Source of the DNA: Candidatus Bathyarchaeota archaeon
Lineage (GTDB): Archaea > Thermoproteota > Bathyarchaeia > TCS64
NCBI GenBank assembly: GCA_963769425.1
Contig: CAVYLP010000006.1
Span: 928,001 to 992,000, forward strand
Direction: 5' to 3'
DNA: 64,000 nt
Positions 27,309 to 36,853 of this stretch are shown piece after piece. Numbering within the stretch: position 1 is the stretch's first letter; every line of letters starts with the position of its first letter. Below the pieces are notes generated by a model. It saw nothing but the letters and a program-made list of their open reading frames with translations, did no database searches and was not told the DNA's origin. A program made the translations under genes and the position numbers.

Positions 27309-27857
27309 ATGGTAACTACAAGAAAAAAGGATCCATGGGAACGACCGGCGACGAAGTCGACCGAATACCACTGCGTTGAGGCGCGCAGGGGCAGAGAGTT
27401 CATAGTCAGGATGACGACGGGGACCGACGTTTACAAGGCCCTCCAGCAGTTCGCTAAGGATAAGAAAATCAAATTTGGAAAGATACACGCCGCCTTCATG
27501 GGCGGTTTCGCTCCCGCTAAGATGTTCATGTGGACCCCCGACACACGGGACCCCTCGAACTGGCATAACGAGACTGCGGCGAGCTTCGAGAACCTTAGCA
27601 TGCTCATCAGCATGAGCGGGATGATACACACACGCATTGTCGACGGCAAACCCGAGCCCTTCCCCGCCATTCACTTTTGCATCGGCGGATCTTGGGACGT
27701 GCCCACCGTAGGGGGACACCTTATAGAGGGGTCCATTGTGAGGGGTGTCGTCGAGGTCTTTGTCACCGAGATACTTGGAATAGAGGAGATGCTCCCCTCA
27801 AACTATAACCCGGCAGTAGATGGAGCACCCGAGGAATGGTATAAAGAAGTAAAGTAG
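27309..27857 (+). CDS. PPC/DUF296 domain protein
   Basis: LISMSGMI, HFCIG and VGGHL..G motifs; GGAGGTGA upstream. Confidence 0.8.
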   Translation: MVTTRKKDPWERPATKSTEYHCVEARRGREFIVRMTTGTDVYKALQQFAKDKKIKFGKIHAAFMGGFAPAKMFMWTPDTRDPSNWHNETAASFENLSMLISMSGMIHTRIVDGKPEPFPAIHFCIGGSWDVPTVGGHLIEGSIVRGVVEVFVTEILGIEEMLPSNYNPAVDGAPEEWYKEVK

Positions 27858-28112
27858 CACTAATCCCAGCTTTTTTGTTTAATTAAACAGTTATTTCAAT
27901 ACTTATAGCCATAGTTATTATTAACATATTTTTTACAATGTTTTAAATACTTTTATAAAATCAAGTCTATTTGAACTATTTGCATTAAATTCATCAAAAT
28001 ATCTAAAAAATATCTCGGAATATTACATTTTTAAATTTAGGAATGCCATTTCTCTAGGCTGCAGAACGGTTTCTGATGCCGAGGGAAAGCCCCTCAATGA
28101 ATGGTGAAAAAG

Positions 28113-28313
28113 ATGCCAGAGTGTGAAATCTGCGGCGAAGAATCTGACAAGCTCATCAAGTGTAAGTCCTGCGGAGCAAAGTTCTGCGAGGACTGTGGCT
28201 CCCCAATCGAGAAGCTCTGCGAGTTCTGCGCGGAGGAAGAAGAAGTCACCGAGGAAGACCTGGAAGACATCGACGAGGGGTCGGGTGTAGAAGCCGGGGA
28301 CGACGACGAGTAG
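28113..28313 (+). CDS. Small four-CxxC zinc-finger protein with acidic tail
   Basis: CEIC, CKSC, CEDC and CEFC followed by an Asp/Glu-rich tail; SD GGTGA at 28103. Confidence 0.8.
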   Translation: MPECEICGEESDKLIKCKSCGAKFCEDCGSPIEKLCEFCAEEEEVTEEDLEDIDEGSGVEAGDDDE

Positions 28314-28395
28314 ACTTCCCAACCCGCCCGAGAGGGAACACCCTTTTTAAATGAAGCTAAACCACAATGCGTATCTTTATCGAAACGAGGCTCAC

Positions 28396-28761
28396 ATGGA
28401 AATGTCCGAGGAGAAGACAAAGTACTGCCCTTACTGCGGCGCGCAAATCGATTATAAGTACACGACATGCCCATCATGTGGCAAGCCGCAGCCGCTGATA
28501 GACGGCACGGCGCCTCAGCGGACGGTCGTGAAGAAGAACGCGCTCCTCGCAGCCATCCTATCCCTCCTAATCACCGGCGCAGGGCAGATCTACCTCGGAC
28601 GAGTCTGGAGGGGCTTGGGATACTTGGTGGCTGTCCTCCTCTTGGGCATCCTATTCGACGGGATCCTCACGTTTGACGAACTCATGATAATAGGCGTCGT
28701 GTTCTCGATTATATCCGCCTGGGACGCCTACCGAATAGCAAATGAGATCAACCGATCCTAG
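28396..28761 (+). CDS. Zinc-ribbon plus TM2-like membrane protein
   Basis: CPYCG..CPSCG followed by KNALLAAILSLLITGAGQIYLG. Confidence 0.85.
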   Translation: MEMSEEKTKYCPYCGAQIDYKYTTCPSCGKPQPLIDGTAPQRTVVKKNALLAAILSLLITGAGQIYLGRVWRGLGYLVAVLLLGILFDGILTFDELMIIGVVFSIISAWDAYRIANEINRS

Positions 28762-28810
28762 CCATTGATCAACTTTAAGAAGAGTAGAAGGATAAACAGG
28801 TTAACCAACC

Positions 28811-29935
28811 TTGGATAAAGTCGACGCAGTGGTAATAGGGGCAGGGGCGGTTGGACTCGCCATCGCCTCGGAGATCACAGGGAAGAACCGCGACGTATTC
28901 ATCCTAGAGAGAGAGTCCGCGATCGGTCAAGGAGCCAGCAGCCGGAACAGCGAGGTCATACATGCTGGCATTTACTACGCGACCGGGACTCTGAAGGCGA
29001 AGATCTGCGTCGAAGCCAACCCCATGATCTATCGGATCTGCGCCGAGAACAAGGTGCCATATAAGAAGTTAGGCAAGATAATCGTCGGTAACGGCGAGGA
29101 AGAGATGAAGCAGCTTGAGGGTCTCATGAGGCAGGGGAAGGCAAACGGCGTCAACGACCTCGATCTCATAGACTCAGATCAGATAAGGCGAATCGAGCCC
29201 AAGGTTAAAGGAGACATGGCCGTCCTTAGCCCCAGCACCGGGATAATGGACGCCCACGGCCTTATGGACCACTACCTCCACAAGGCCCGCCGACAGAGTG
29301 GGTCGGACCCACTCGTCCTCGACACGGAGGTAAGGGGCATCAAGAAGATGCAGGATGGCTACCAAGTCGACACGATGAGTGGCGGGGAGCCCTTCAGCAT
29401 CGAGGCGAGGGTAGTCATTAACGCAGCTGGCCTCTTCTGCGACAAGGTAGCGTCGATGGTTGGTATAGATATCGACAAGGCGAAGTATAGGCTCCACTGG
29501 TGCAAAGGCGACTATTATAGCATCGTTGGGAAGCCACCAGCTACCATGCTTGTCTACCCCCCGCCGCTTAAGGACACGCTGGGGCTCGGCATCCACACTG
29601 TACCCGATCTCACGGGCCGCCTCAAGTTTGGTCCAAACGCCTACTACGTCGACAAGCTTGACTACAAGGTAGAGTCACCCGCAGAGCCCTTCTGGAGCGA
29701 CATAGTCACTTATCTACCCAGCATTCGAAAGGAGGATCTCCGCCCTGATATGTCGGGGATACGCGCGAAGACCCAGGGCCCCGGTGAAAAGGCCCGGGAC
29801 TTCGTCATCGAACACGAGGAGAAGCGTGGATACCCGGGATTCATTGATCTCATTGGAATAGAGTCTCCTGGTCTCACATCCTCACCTGCAATTGCGAAGA
29901 TGGTCTCCTTCAAGGTTGATGAGCTGCTGAATTAG
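28811..29935 (+). CDS. FAD-dependent oxidoreductase, L-2-hydroxyglutarate oxidase (LhgO)-like
   Basis: GAGAVG, SSRNSEVIHAGIYY, KGDYY, LGIH and GIESPGLTSSPAIA. Confidence 0.9.
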   Translation: MDKVDAVVIGAGAVGLAIASEITGKNRDVFILERESAIGQGASSRNSEVIHAGIYYATGTLKAKICVEANPMIYRICAENKVPYKKLGKIIVGNGEEEMKQLEGLMRQGKANGVNDLDLIDSDQIRRIEPKVKGDMAVLSPSTGIMDAHGLMDHYLHKARRQSGSDPLVLDTEVRGIKKMQDGYQVDTMSGGEPFSIEARVVINAAGLFCDKVASMVGIDIDKAKYRLHWCKGDYYSIVGKPPATMLVYPPPLKDTLGLGIHTVPDLTGRLKFGPNAYYVDKLDYKVESPAEPFWSDIVTYLPSIRKEDLRPDMSGIRAKTQGPGEKARDFVIEHEEKRGYPGFIDLIGIESPGLTSSPAIAKMVSFKVDELLN

Positions 29936-29947
29936 CATCTAACTGCT

Positions 29948-30243
29948 TACCTGCTATTAGGAATCCCATTCCTAGTAGGATGGAATGTCAAAGTACTCAG
30001 CGTGATCATCGATACCTGCTACTTGGAAACGGATTCCTACTAGGATGGTACGTTATAGGCTAGCTGGGCGTGGATACCTCGCTAGTAGGAACCATAGAAA
30101 AACACCACTTTTGCACCGGTCACTAGGAATCAGCCCTCCTCACAACTCTATTCAAAGATATGGATTGCCTTCATCCTTTCCCCCTGAGTGAAGAGACATT
30201 TCCTCATGGTAACCATCCCGCGCGGATACCTGCCACTAGGAAT
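29948..30243. repeat. Array of ~17-bp motifs TACCTGCYASTAGGAA (5 direct, 2 inverted)
   Basis: Direct copies at 29948, 30013, 30075, 30114 and 30227; inverted copies ATTCCTASTAGGATGG at 29968 and 30033; non-coding region. Confidence 0.75.
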
Positions 30244-30729
30244 TGATCCTCGTCGCGGCTCTTGTCCAATTGTTATGTAATGGATTCGTTCTCGAGGACC
30301 TAACTGGAGTCATAGCTCAAAGAACCAGTAACCAGTTGCCTAGGTAATGAAGTTCTATGCACCGACGTCAGTAGGTGTAGATTCCAATCTTGCCTGTGTG
30401 AACCCTACTTCAAGCAGCAGCTGATAGATGGGAAAGTAGCGAAAAAACCCAAGCCGAGAAGCTGCAGTGAGCTGCGAAGAACTCGACTTCTGGAAGGGAG
30501 AGAAACTTTTATCCTTATGGTTAAAGTTCAATGGGGCAAGAGATATCACTGCTTTTATCCTTCAACCTTTTACAAGATAACAATTATTTTCTGTTAATCT
30601 TAATGATTAATTTAAATCCGTTTTTTGGAAGATAATTGAGATAGTGTATCTTACCAATCCTTTAATATTCACGGTTAGTAATCCTAAATACATCAGTTTA
30701 CACATCCAAACTGTCCTAGGTGCTAATCT

Positions 30730-31044
30730 GTGCGGTTCTGCGACAAATGTGGCTCCTTCATGGAGAAGTCTCCCAAGGGGTACCGCTGCCAGAAGTGCGG
30801 CTTCGAGGTGAACCCAGGCGTCATGGAGGTGACGCGGGAAGACGAGCCTAAGGCAGAGCCGGTATATGTCGTGAGGGGGGAGGACGAGTCCGTGAAGGTG
30901 AACCAAATATGCCCACAGTGTGGGCACAGCGAGGCATATCACCAGGTCCGCGTAGCACTCGGTGAGCACGCAGGTGTGAACAGCGACAGGTACGTTGAGA
31001 GGTTCAAGTGCACCTCGTGCGGCCACGTCTGGGTCACAAATTAA
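30730..31044 (+). CDS. TFS/RpoM-like two-zinc-ribbon protein lacking the canonical acidic hairpin
   Basis: MRFCDKCG..CQKCG and CPQCG..CTSCGHVW; QTRSADE is replaced by VALGEHAGVNSDRY. Confidence 0.85.
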   Translation: MRFCDKCGSFMEKSPKGYRCQKCGFEVNPGVMEVTREDEPKAEPVYVVRGEDESVKVNQICPQCGHSEAYHQVRVALGEHAGVNSDRYVERFKCTSCGHVWVTN

Positions 31045-31475
31045 ACCCAGTTTACCTTTACCCTAAATGGGATTCCTTGCTCGACGCTCTTTGACACGAT
31101 GCAGAACTCCTCGAAGAGGGCGATGCACCTCTCCATCTGACTGACATACTCTTTATCGATCTCCGCGTTAAGCTCGACGTCCATCTCGGTAATCCTCCAG
31201 CGCCCCTTCTCGTTTCTGGTCATCTTGGCGTTGACACGAGTCTTCATGCCCTTGACCTCCGCTCTCGCCCTCTTGAGGCAGAATAAGAGGCTTGAGCTCA
31301 GACAGTTGCCAATCGCGGCAGCGAGTAACATGGACGGGTTGGGCCCGGTACCCTTGCCGATAGGAGCCTCCTCATCGGTGACGAGTGCCTCCATCCCCTC
31401 GTGCCCGAAGTCGATCTTGAAGGAGTAATCCTGCAGCCTCTCCAACTCGACTGTGAGAGTCTTTTCTTCGCTCAA
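31041..31475 (-). CDS. OsmC family protein
   Basis: GPNPSMLLAAAIGNC and FCIVSKSV. Confidence 0.9.
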   Translation of the reverse strand: MSEEKTLTVELERLQDYSFKIDFGHEGMEALVTDEEAPIGKGTGPNPSMLLAAAIGNCLSSSLLFCLKRARAEVKGMKTRVNAKMTRNEKGRWRITEMDVELNAEIDKEYVSQMERCIALFEEFCIVSKSVEQGIPFRVKVNWV

Positions 31476-31507
31476 ATCGTTCTCCTTACTTTTGGGAGCC
31501 GCTGCGT

Positions 31508-31753
31508 TTAAGTCGATTTTGGCTCAATCTCACCCGGTAATGGCTGGGAAGCCTGGTCCTTATTGTGCCTGCCCTCGGTGAGGAACCCGAAGCCGAAGAG
31601 GCTGAACCCTAGGATGACGAATATCCAGATGATCCATTCGTCGCTGGTGTCGCCCGTCATTGTGATCTGGTAGACGGTGGCGACGCAGATGAGTGCCGCG
31701 ATGACGGCGCCGACGTACATGAGGTTCCAGCTCGTGAGTTTGATTTCGACCAT
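31508..31753 (-). CDS. Small 2-TM protein
   Basis: Two hydrophobic helices and coding-like codon usage. Confidence 0.6.
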   Translation of the reverse strand: MVEIKLTSWNLMYVGAVIAALICVATVYQITMTGDTSDEWIIWIFVILGFSLFGFGFLTEGRHNKDQASQPLPGEIEPKST

Positions 31754-31834
31754 CCGATGTCCAAACAATTACCACTTTCAGCGGGATTTAACCTTCCCGA
31801 TACGGTTAAAGCCGCTGTCGACCCCTCGTTTGGC

Positions 31835-32323
31835 ATGCCCAGCATGAGGAGAAAGGAGAAGGAGATAACCGAGAGGGTGGTCATCGAGGAGATCCTCAGG
31901 GAGCAGGAAGTCGGCAGGCTCGCCACCTCCGTGGGCGACCAGCCATACGTTGTGCCAATCAACTTTGTCTACAACGACGGGAAGATAATCTTCCACAGTC
32001 ACAAGGACGGAACCAAGATGGCGAATATTGCCAAGAACCCGAAGGTCTGCTTCGAGGTCGACTCCGGCGAGATAGTGAAGGCGGAGAAGCCATGCGATTA
32101 CTCGTGGCGCTATATGAGTGTCGTTGTAAAGGGGAACGTGAAGTTCATCACGAATCCTGCTGCGCGCCTAGTCGCGCTGAGGAGGATAAGCGACAAGTAC
32201 GCGCCAGGCAAGGGGAAGACCCTAACCTCTGATGAACTGGCGAAGAATCCACAGCTCGTCCTCGCCGAGATAGTCATCGACGAGATGACCGGGAAGAAGA
32301 GCCCCGTCAAGCCCCCAGTCTAA
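31835..32323 (+). CDS. Pyridoxamine 5'-phosphate oxidase-like (NimA-like) flavin-binding protein
   Basis: MRRKEKEI, PYVVPINF, FHS..G.K and NPKVCFEVD. Confidence 0.9.
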   Translation: MPSMRRKEKEITERVVIEEILREQEVGRLATSVGDQPYVVPINFVYNDGKIIFHSHKDGTKMANIAKNPKVCFEVDSGEIVKAEKPCDYSWRYMSVVVKGNVKFITNPAARLVALRRISDKYAPGKGKTLTSDELAKNPQLVLAEIVIDEMTGKKSPVKPPV

Positions 32324-32416
32324 ACGCAGCACGAATATTTAGCCAATTTTCGCTAGGTTTCTGAGTTTCAGGCATCTGGAAACCTTTTTCAACCGCGCCC
32401 ATCTGCTGGGTGTGTA

Positions 32417-33520
32417 ATGGGTATCCCGGAGAAGATCAAGCAGATAGAGGAGGAGATCGCCCGTACCCAGATCAATAAGGCTACAGAGAGGCACCTCGGG
32501 ATACTCAAGGCTCGCAAGGCCAAGTTGATGCGCGAGCAGGAAGAGCAGGCGCTAAAGGCCAGCGGGCGAGGAAACGACGACGGTTACGCGGTCAAGAAGA
32601 CCGGCGATGCCACCGTCGTCCTCATCGGTCTGCCCAGTGTCGGGAAATCCACCATCCTGAATCAAATAACGAACGCGAAGTCTAAGGTGGGCGCATACGA
32701 CTTCACGACGCTCACAGTCGTGCCCGGCCTCATGGAGTACCGGGGGGCGAAGATACAGGTCCTCGATCTCCCCGGTATCATCGCTGGCGCCGCACAAGGC
32801 AAGGGACTCGGCAAGAGGGTCCTCTCCGTGGCCAGGGCGGCCGACCTCATCCTCGTCACCCTCGACGTCTTCCAGCCAGGCGTCAAGCCGATCCTTATGA
32901 AGGAGCTCAGGGAGATCGGTATCAGGCCAGACGAGAGACCACCCAACATCGTCATCGAGAAAACCCCGACAGGCGGACTCTCCGTCATCGCTCAGATCCC
33001 GCTGACGAGGATCAAGAAGGAGACCGTGAAAGACATCCTCGCCGTCTACGGCGTTCACAATGCACGCGTAATGATCCGCGAGGACATAAACGACGAGCAG
33101 TTAATTGACGTCATACTTGGCAACCGGGTCTACGCCCCAACCTTCGCCGTACTCAACAAGATAGACATGATCGATACCGAGAGCCTACGCAAGGTGCGGG
33201 AGAACCTCGACTACTACGTCCTACCAATAGCGGCGGAGAACGGTGTAAACATCGACGAGTTCAAGGAGCAGCTATACCAGAGGCTCGCGTTCATAAGGAT
33301 ATATATGCGGCCGAAGGGCGGGGAGACCGACTACAAGGAGCCGCTGATAGCGCGCGTCGGGTACACCGTCGGGGACGTCTGCGATATGCTCCACAAGGCG
33401 CTGCGATCGGACTTCAAATACGCCCAAGTCTGGGGGAAGAGCGTCAGGTTCGGCGGGCAGAAGGTTAGCCTCAACCACAAGCTGCAGGACGAGGATGTGC
33501 TCACGTTCGTGACTAAGTGA
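32417..33520 (+). CDS. DRG/Rbg1-family OBG GTPase with TGS domain
   Basis: NKATERH, GLPSVGKS, YDFTT, DLPG, NKID and VWGKSVRF. Confidence 0.95.
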   Translation: MGIPEKIKQIEEEIARTQINKATERHLGILKARKAKLMREQEEQALKASGRGNDDGYAVKKTGDATVVLIGLPSVGKSTILNQITNAKSKVGAYDFTTLTVVPGLMEYRGAKIQVLDLPGIIAGAAQGKGLGKRVLSVARAADLILVTLDVFQPGVKPILMKELREIGIRPDERPPNIVIEKTPTGGLSVIAQIPLTRIKKETVKDILAVYGVHNARVMIREDINDEQLIDVILGNRVYAPTFAVLNKIDMIDTESLRKVRENLDYYVLPIAAENGVNIDEFKEQLYQRLAFIRIYMRPKGGETDYKEPLIARVGYTVGDVCDMLHKALRSDFKYAQVWGKSVRFGGQKVSLNHKLQDEDVLTFVTK

Positions 33521-33597
33521 CACGGCTTGAACATGCGCCAACTTTCGCTACCATAGATAACGAAAAAAATTCGCGCCCAGCGCGGCATTGTAGTTTT

Positions 33598-33965
33598 TTA
33601 GACTTTTACAAGCTGCATTTCGCAGAAGCGGTGGTATAGCTCGTTCTTCTTGAGGAGCTGGTTGTGTTTGCCTTCGGCCTGTATCTCGCCGTTGTGGAGG
33701 ACGATTATGCGGTCTGCGCTCTGACGGTGCTGACGCAGTGTGTGACGATGAGGATGGTGCGGTGCTCCATCTCCACCTTGAGGGCGTTCTGTATCAGCTG
33801 CTCCGTGTACGGGTCGACACTGCTCGTCGCCTCATCTAGTATCAGTATCTTGGGGTCTGACACAAGTGCCCTCGTGAAGCAGACCAGCTGGCGTTGCCCA
33901 CCGCCTAGTGTGAGGCCCTTCTCCCCGACGGGTGTGTCGTAGCCCTTCGGCATCGAGGCGATGAT
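33598..33965 (-). pseudogene. C-terminal remnant of an ABC exporter ATPase domain
   Basis: GYDTPVGEKG, degenerate LGGGQRQ, ILDEATSSVD and a THC H-loop; frameshift ~33718 into ADRIIVLHNGEI; no Walker A or TM domain. Confidence 0.8.
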
Positions 33966-33967
33966 AG

Positions 33968-34528
33968 ATGCAGCCAATTCTACCCCGGGAACAAGGTGTC
34001 AGCCCCGTCCAGATGTGGATACTACTTATCCTGAGCGAGGGCCAAAACTACGGCTACAACGTGATCCAGCGCCTAAACGAGATGTTCTCCGGTTTCTGGA
34101 AACCTAAGGCGGGGACCGTCTATCCTGCTATCGAGAAGCTAATGGGAGTCGGGTTGATATCGGTGCGAGTCGAGCACCGGGAGGATGCCTCAGATAGGCA
34201 CTACTATACCATTATACCCGCGGGTGAGGAGGCCCTCAGACAGGGCATGGACCGCTGGGGGCTCATGATGGAGTACATCGAGGAGTACGGCGAACGCCAC
34301 AGAGCTATACGGAAGGGTAGCACCGAAATGCGCAAGCAGAACCTTGGCGACCTGCTGATAAGATTCGGCGAGTCAATCAAGAAAGGGGAACTCGACGCAT
34401 CCAAATACCTCCCAGAGATGAAGCGCGAGGTCATCAGATTCAAAGAGCCGCTGGTCTACAAGTTCCTATACGCCTTCATCGAGGGTGGCAGGGAGATTGA
34501 GATAGAGATAGAATGGGCGCAGGAGTAG
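33968..34528 (+). CDS. PadR-family regulator
   Basis: ILLILSEGQNYGY, WKPKAGTVYPA and YYTI..G. Confidence 0.85.
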   Translation: MQPILPREQGVSPVQMWILLILSEGQNYGYNVIQRLNEMFSGFWKPKAGTVYPAIEKLMGVGLISVRVEHREDASDRHYYTIIPAGEEALRQGMDRWGLMMEYIEEYGERHRAIRKGSTEMRKQNLGDLLIRFGESIKKGELDASKYLPEMKREVIRFKEPLVYKFLYAFIEGGREIEIEIEWAQE

Positions 34529-34530
34529 CC

Positions 34531-35238
34531 CTACACCCGCTTCAAAACATGCATATCAGCGGGCAGCTTCTCAGAGGCGTACCTAAGAACGAGGGCCGAT
34601 GTGCGCGTCCTCCACCTGAGCAGGTATTCCCTGACTTCTTTTGGGTGTTTCTTCGACGCCTCCTTGAGGAGCCACCCGACACCCTTCTGTACCATGTCGT
34701 CCTGATCCTCCATCAGTCTATCGGCTATCCTGAAGGTGTCGTCTAGCATTTCCCCCCTCCTCGCGATGGGGACGAGGGAAACCGCGGCGGCTCGCCTCCT
34801 CCAGCGGTTCTCCGACCCCGTCCACTCAAGGAGCCTCTCAGTTAACTTTGGGTCCTTACGTACCGTCTCCGAGACGAAGCCCGTGCACATCCCATCCGTG
34901 TTCGCCCAGTTGGTCAGGGTGTTAACCCAAGAGTCGAAGGTGTAGAAGTGGCCCGGCGTGAGGTGCCTCTTCATCCTCGAAAGCATATAATCTCCCACTA
35001 CGGCGACCTCAAAGACACCCTTTCTGTGGAGCTCGCCGACGACCTCGATGGCGAGTGGAAGGTTGCCCTTCAATCGTGGATAGAATGACGCGGCTATTTC
35101 CTTGCAGACGGGCATGGGTATCCCCCAGCTGTCTATGGGCTCCTTGAAGTAGCGTCTAGCCGACTCGGCCTTGCCCTCGTCGAAATGTCGGCGGGTCTCT
35201 GCTATGATCTCCTCGGTTAGGGGGTTCATCTGATTCAC
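34531..35238 (-). CDS. DNA alkylation repair protein (AlkD-like)
   Basis: NWANTD, W..SENRWRRR and DMVQKGVGWLLKE. Confidence 0.9.
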   Translation of the reverse strand: MNQMNPLTEEIIAETRRHFDEGKAESARRYFKEPIDSWGIPMPVCKEIAASFYPRLKGNLPLAIEVVGELHRKGVFEVAVVGDYMLSRMKRHLTPGHFYTFDSWVNTLTNWANTDGMCTGFVSETVRKDPKLTERLLEWTGSENRWRRRAAAVSLVPIARRGEMLDDTFRIADRLMEDQDDMVQKGVGWLLKEASKKHPKEVREYLLRWRTRTSALVLRYASEKLPADMHVLKRV

Positions 35239-36821
35239 ACCGTGAATCTGAGGGCACCAGTCTCTGAGAGACTGATGTAGATTGGTTTGAGCCAGCTTGG
35301 GTCCTCGCTGGGGTAGTCGGTCCTATAGTGGGCACCTCTGCTCTCCTTCCTCTCCATCGCGGCCCTGATTATCATCTCCGCGGAATCTAGGGCCATCTGG
35401 GCCTCAAGGGCGACTAGCATGTCTCTCCCATTCTTGGCGGAGACACGGTCGGCGAGTAGTTTAAGGTCGAAGACCGTCTCGAACGCCTCCGCGAGGCTTG
35501 CGCTGTCCCTTATGATGCCAGCCTTCGCCCACATGACCTCCCTTAGCCTCTCGATGAGTGAGTGAGGATCGTAGCTTTGTTCCCTCTCTATCATTGATTC
35601 GTATCGTTTCAGCTCGGGCTTAGCTTGGTCAGCGATTTTCTCCTTCTTGCCCTTCACGGCGTCGGCTGCCGCTGCACCCGCTCTTGCCCCGAAGACGAGT
35701 ATCTCCGTTAGTGCATTGCCACCATGCCTGTTTGCCCCGTGTATCCCGCCGACGACCTCCCCCGCCGCGTATAGACCGGGGACGCCGGTGTAGCCCTGCT
35801 CGTCTATGACAAGCCCCCCCATGCAGAAGTGACAGACCGGGGCGACCCTGAAGGGCTTCTCAGCGGCGCGTAGCTTCTCGACTAGAATGCGTTGCGTCCC
35901 CTCCTCGGCTATCTGCTTGACGGTGCGCTTCCTGAAGACCTCACGCGCGTCGATGAGGACGGCGCCGTCGACGCCTCCGCCCTGGGTGATCTCCGTCATT
36001 AAAGCGCGACTAAGTAGGTCTCTGCTCTTGAGGACGAGTGGGCGGGCCGTAAGATGGTACTTCTGGGGGATATCCTCCCCGAGGCTGTTTATTATCCTCC
36101 CCTCCTCCGTCATGGGTCCGCCGAGGAGATAGGGTGGCTGACCCGGCTCGGCTAGAGCCAGTGGGAAGAACTGGACAAATTCCATGTCCCTGAGTCTCGC
36201 CCCAGCGTGTAGGCCGAGGCTGTATCCGTCGCCCGTGGTCCTCACGGGACAGTCCGTCCTCTTGTAGATGGCCCCGGCGCCGCCCGTGGCTAGGATGACA
36301 GCCCTTGCCGTGAAGATGATGGGTTTCTCATGTTTCACATCGTAGCCGACTGCTCCGACGACCCTGTCACCCTTCTTCAACAGCTTAGTCACGGCGACGT
36401 TGTCCCTGAACTGGACGCCCTTCGACTGGGCGTACTCAACCATCGGCCTCGTCATACCGAGGCCCATCAGGTTGGGTATGTTCCCCACCGAGGCGCCGGT
36501 CCTGTGGACGCGTACCTCAACACCGTAATCCCGCAGCTCGAGTATCCGCGCAGCACCCTCACTCGTGAAGACCTCGACGAGGCGCATGTCGTTCAGGCCC
36601 TTCCCCACCTCGATGGTGTCCCTCATGTGCTCCTCGGGGGTCATCCCCTCCATCGCGGCCCTGAAGCCGCCCCCTGCTACAACGGTACAGTTGTTCATCC
36701 CGGCTGGGGCCTTCGAGGCGATAATTGTAGTAAGCCCGCGGGCATTCGTCTCGATGGCTGCCCTGAGTCCTGCACCTCCCGAGCCGAGGATGAGGATGTC
36801 CGAGTCTACGGAGCGAACCAT
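35235..36821 (-). CDS. SdhA/FrdA/NadB/TfrA-family flavoprotein
   Basis: GSGGAG, LATGG, TGDG, DMEFVQF, HFCMGG, HGANRHGGNAL and ESRGAH. Confidence 0.9.
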   Translation of the reverse strand: MVRSVDSDILILGSGGAGLRAAIETNARGLTTIIASKAPAGMNNCTVVAGGGFRAAMEGMTPEEHMRDTIEVGKGLNDMRLVEVFTSEGAARILELRDYGVEVRVHRTGASVGNIPNLMGLGMTRPMVEYAQSKGVQFRDNVAVTKLLKKGDRVVGAVGYDVKHEKPIIFTARAVILATGGAGAIYKRTDCPVRTTGDGYSLGLHAGARLRDMEFVQFFPLALAEPGQPPYLLGGPMTEEGRIINSLGEDIPQKYHLTARPLVLKSRDLLSRALMTEITQGGGVDGAVLIDAREVFRKRTVKQIAEEGTQRILVEKLRAAEKPFRVAPVCHFCMGGLVIDEQGYTGVPGLYAAGEVVGGIHGANRHGGNALTEILVFGARAGAAAADAVKGKKEKIADQAKPELKRYESMIEREQSYDPHSLIERLREVMWAKAGIIRDSASLAEAFETVFDLKLLADRVSAKNGRDMLVALEAQMALDSAEMIIRAAMERKESRGAHYRTDYPSEDPSWLKPIYISLSETGALRFTV

Positions 36822-36853
36822 GGGTTAGGTTGGCGCGACGTTGGATAAAACGG

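Noticed and set aside
27876-27889. Palindrome TGTTTAATTAAACA
   Set aside because: Lies in a very AT-rich terminator region where chance palindromes are expected.
29948-30243. CRISPR array
   Set aside because: Repeats are short, degenerate, in both orientations and irregularly spaced (65, 62, 39, 113 bp); no cas genes in the window.
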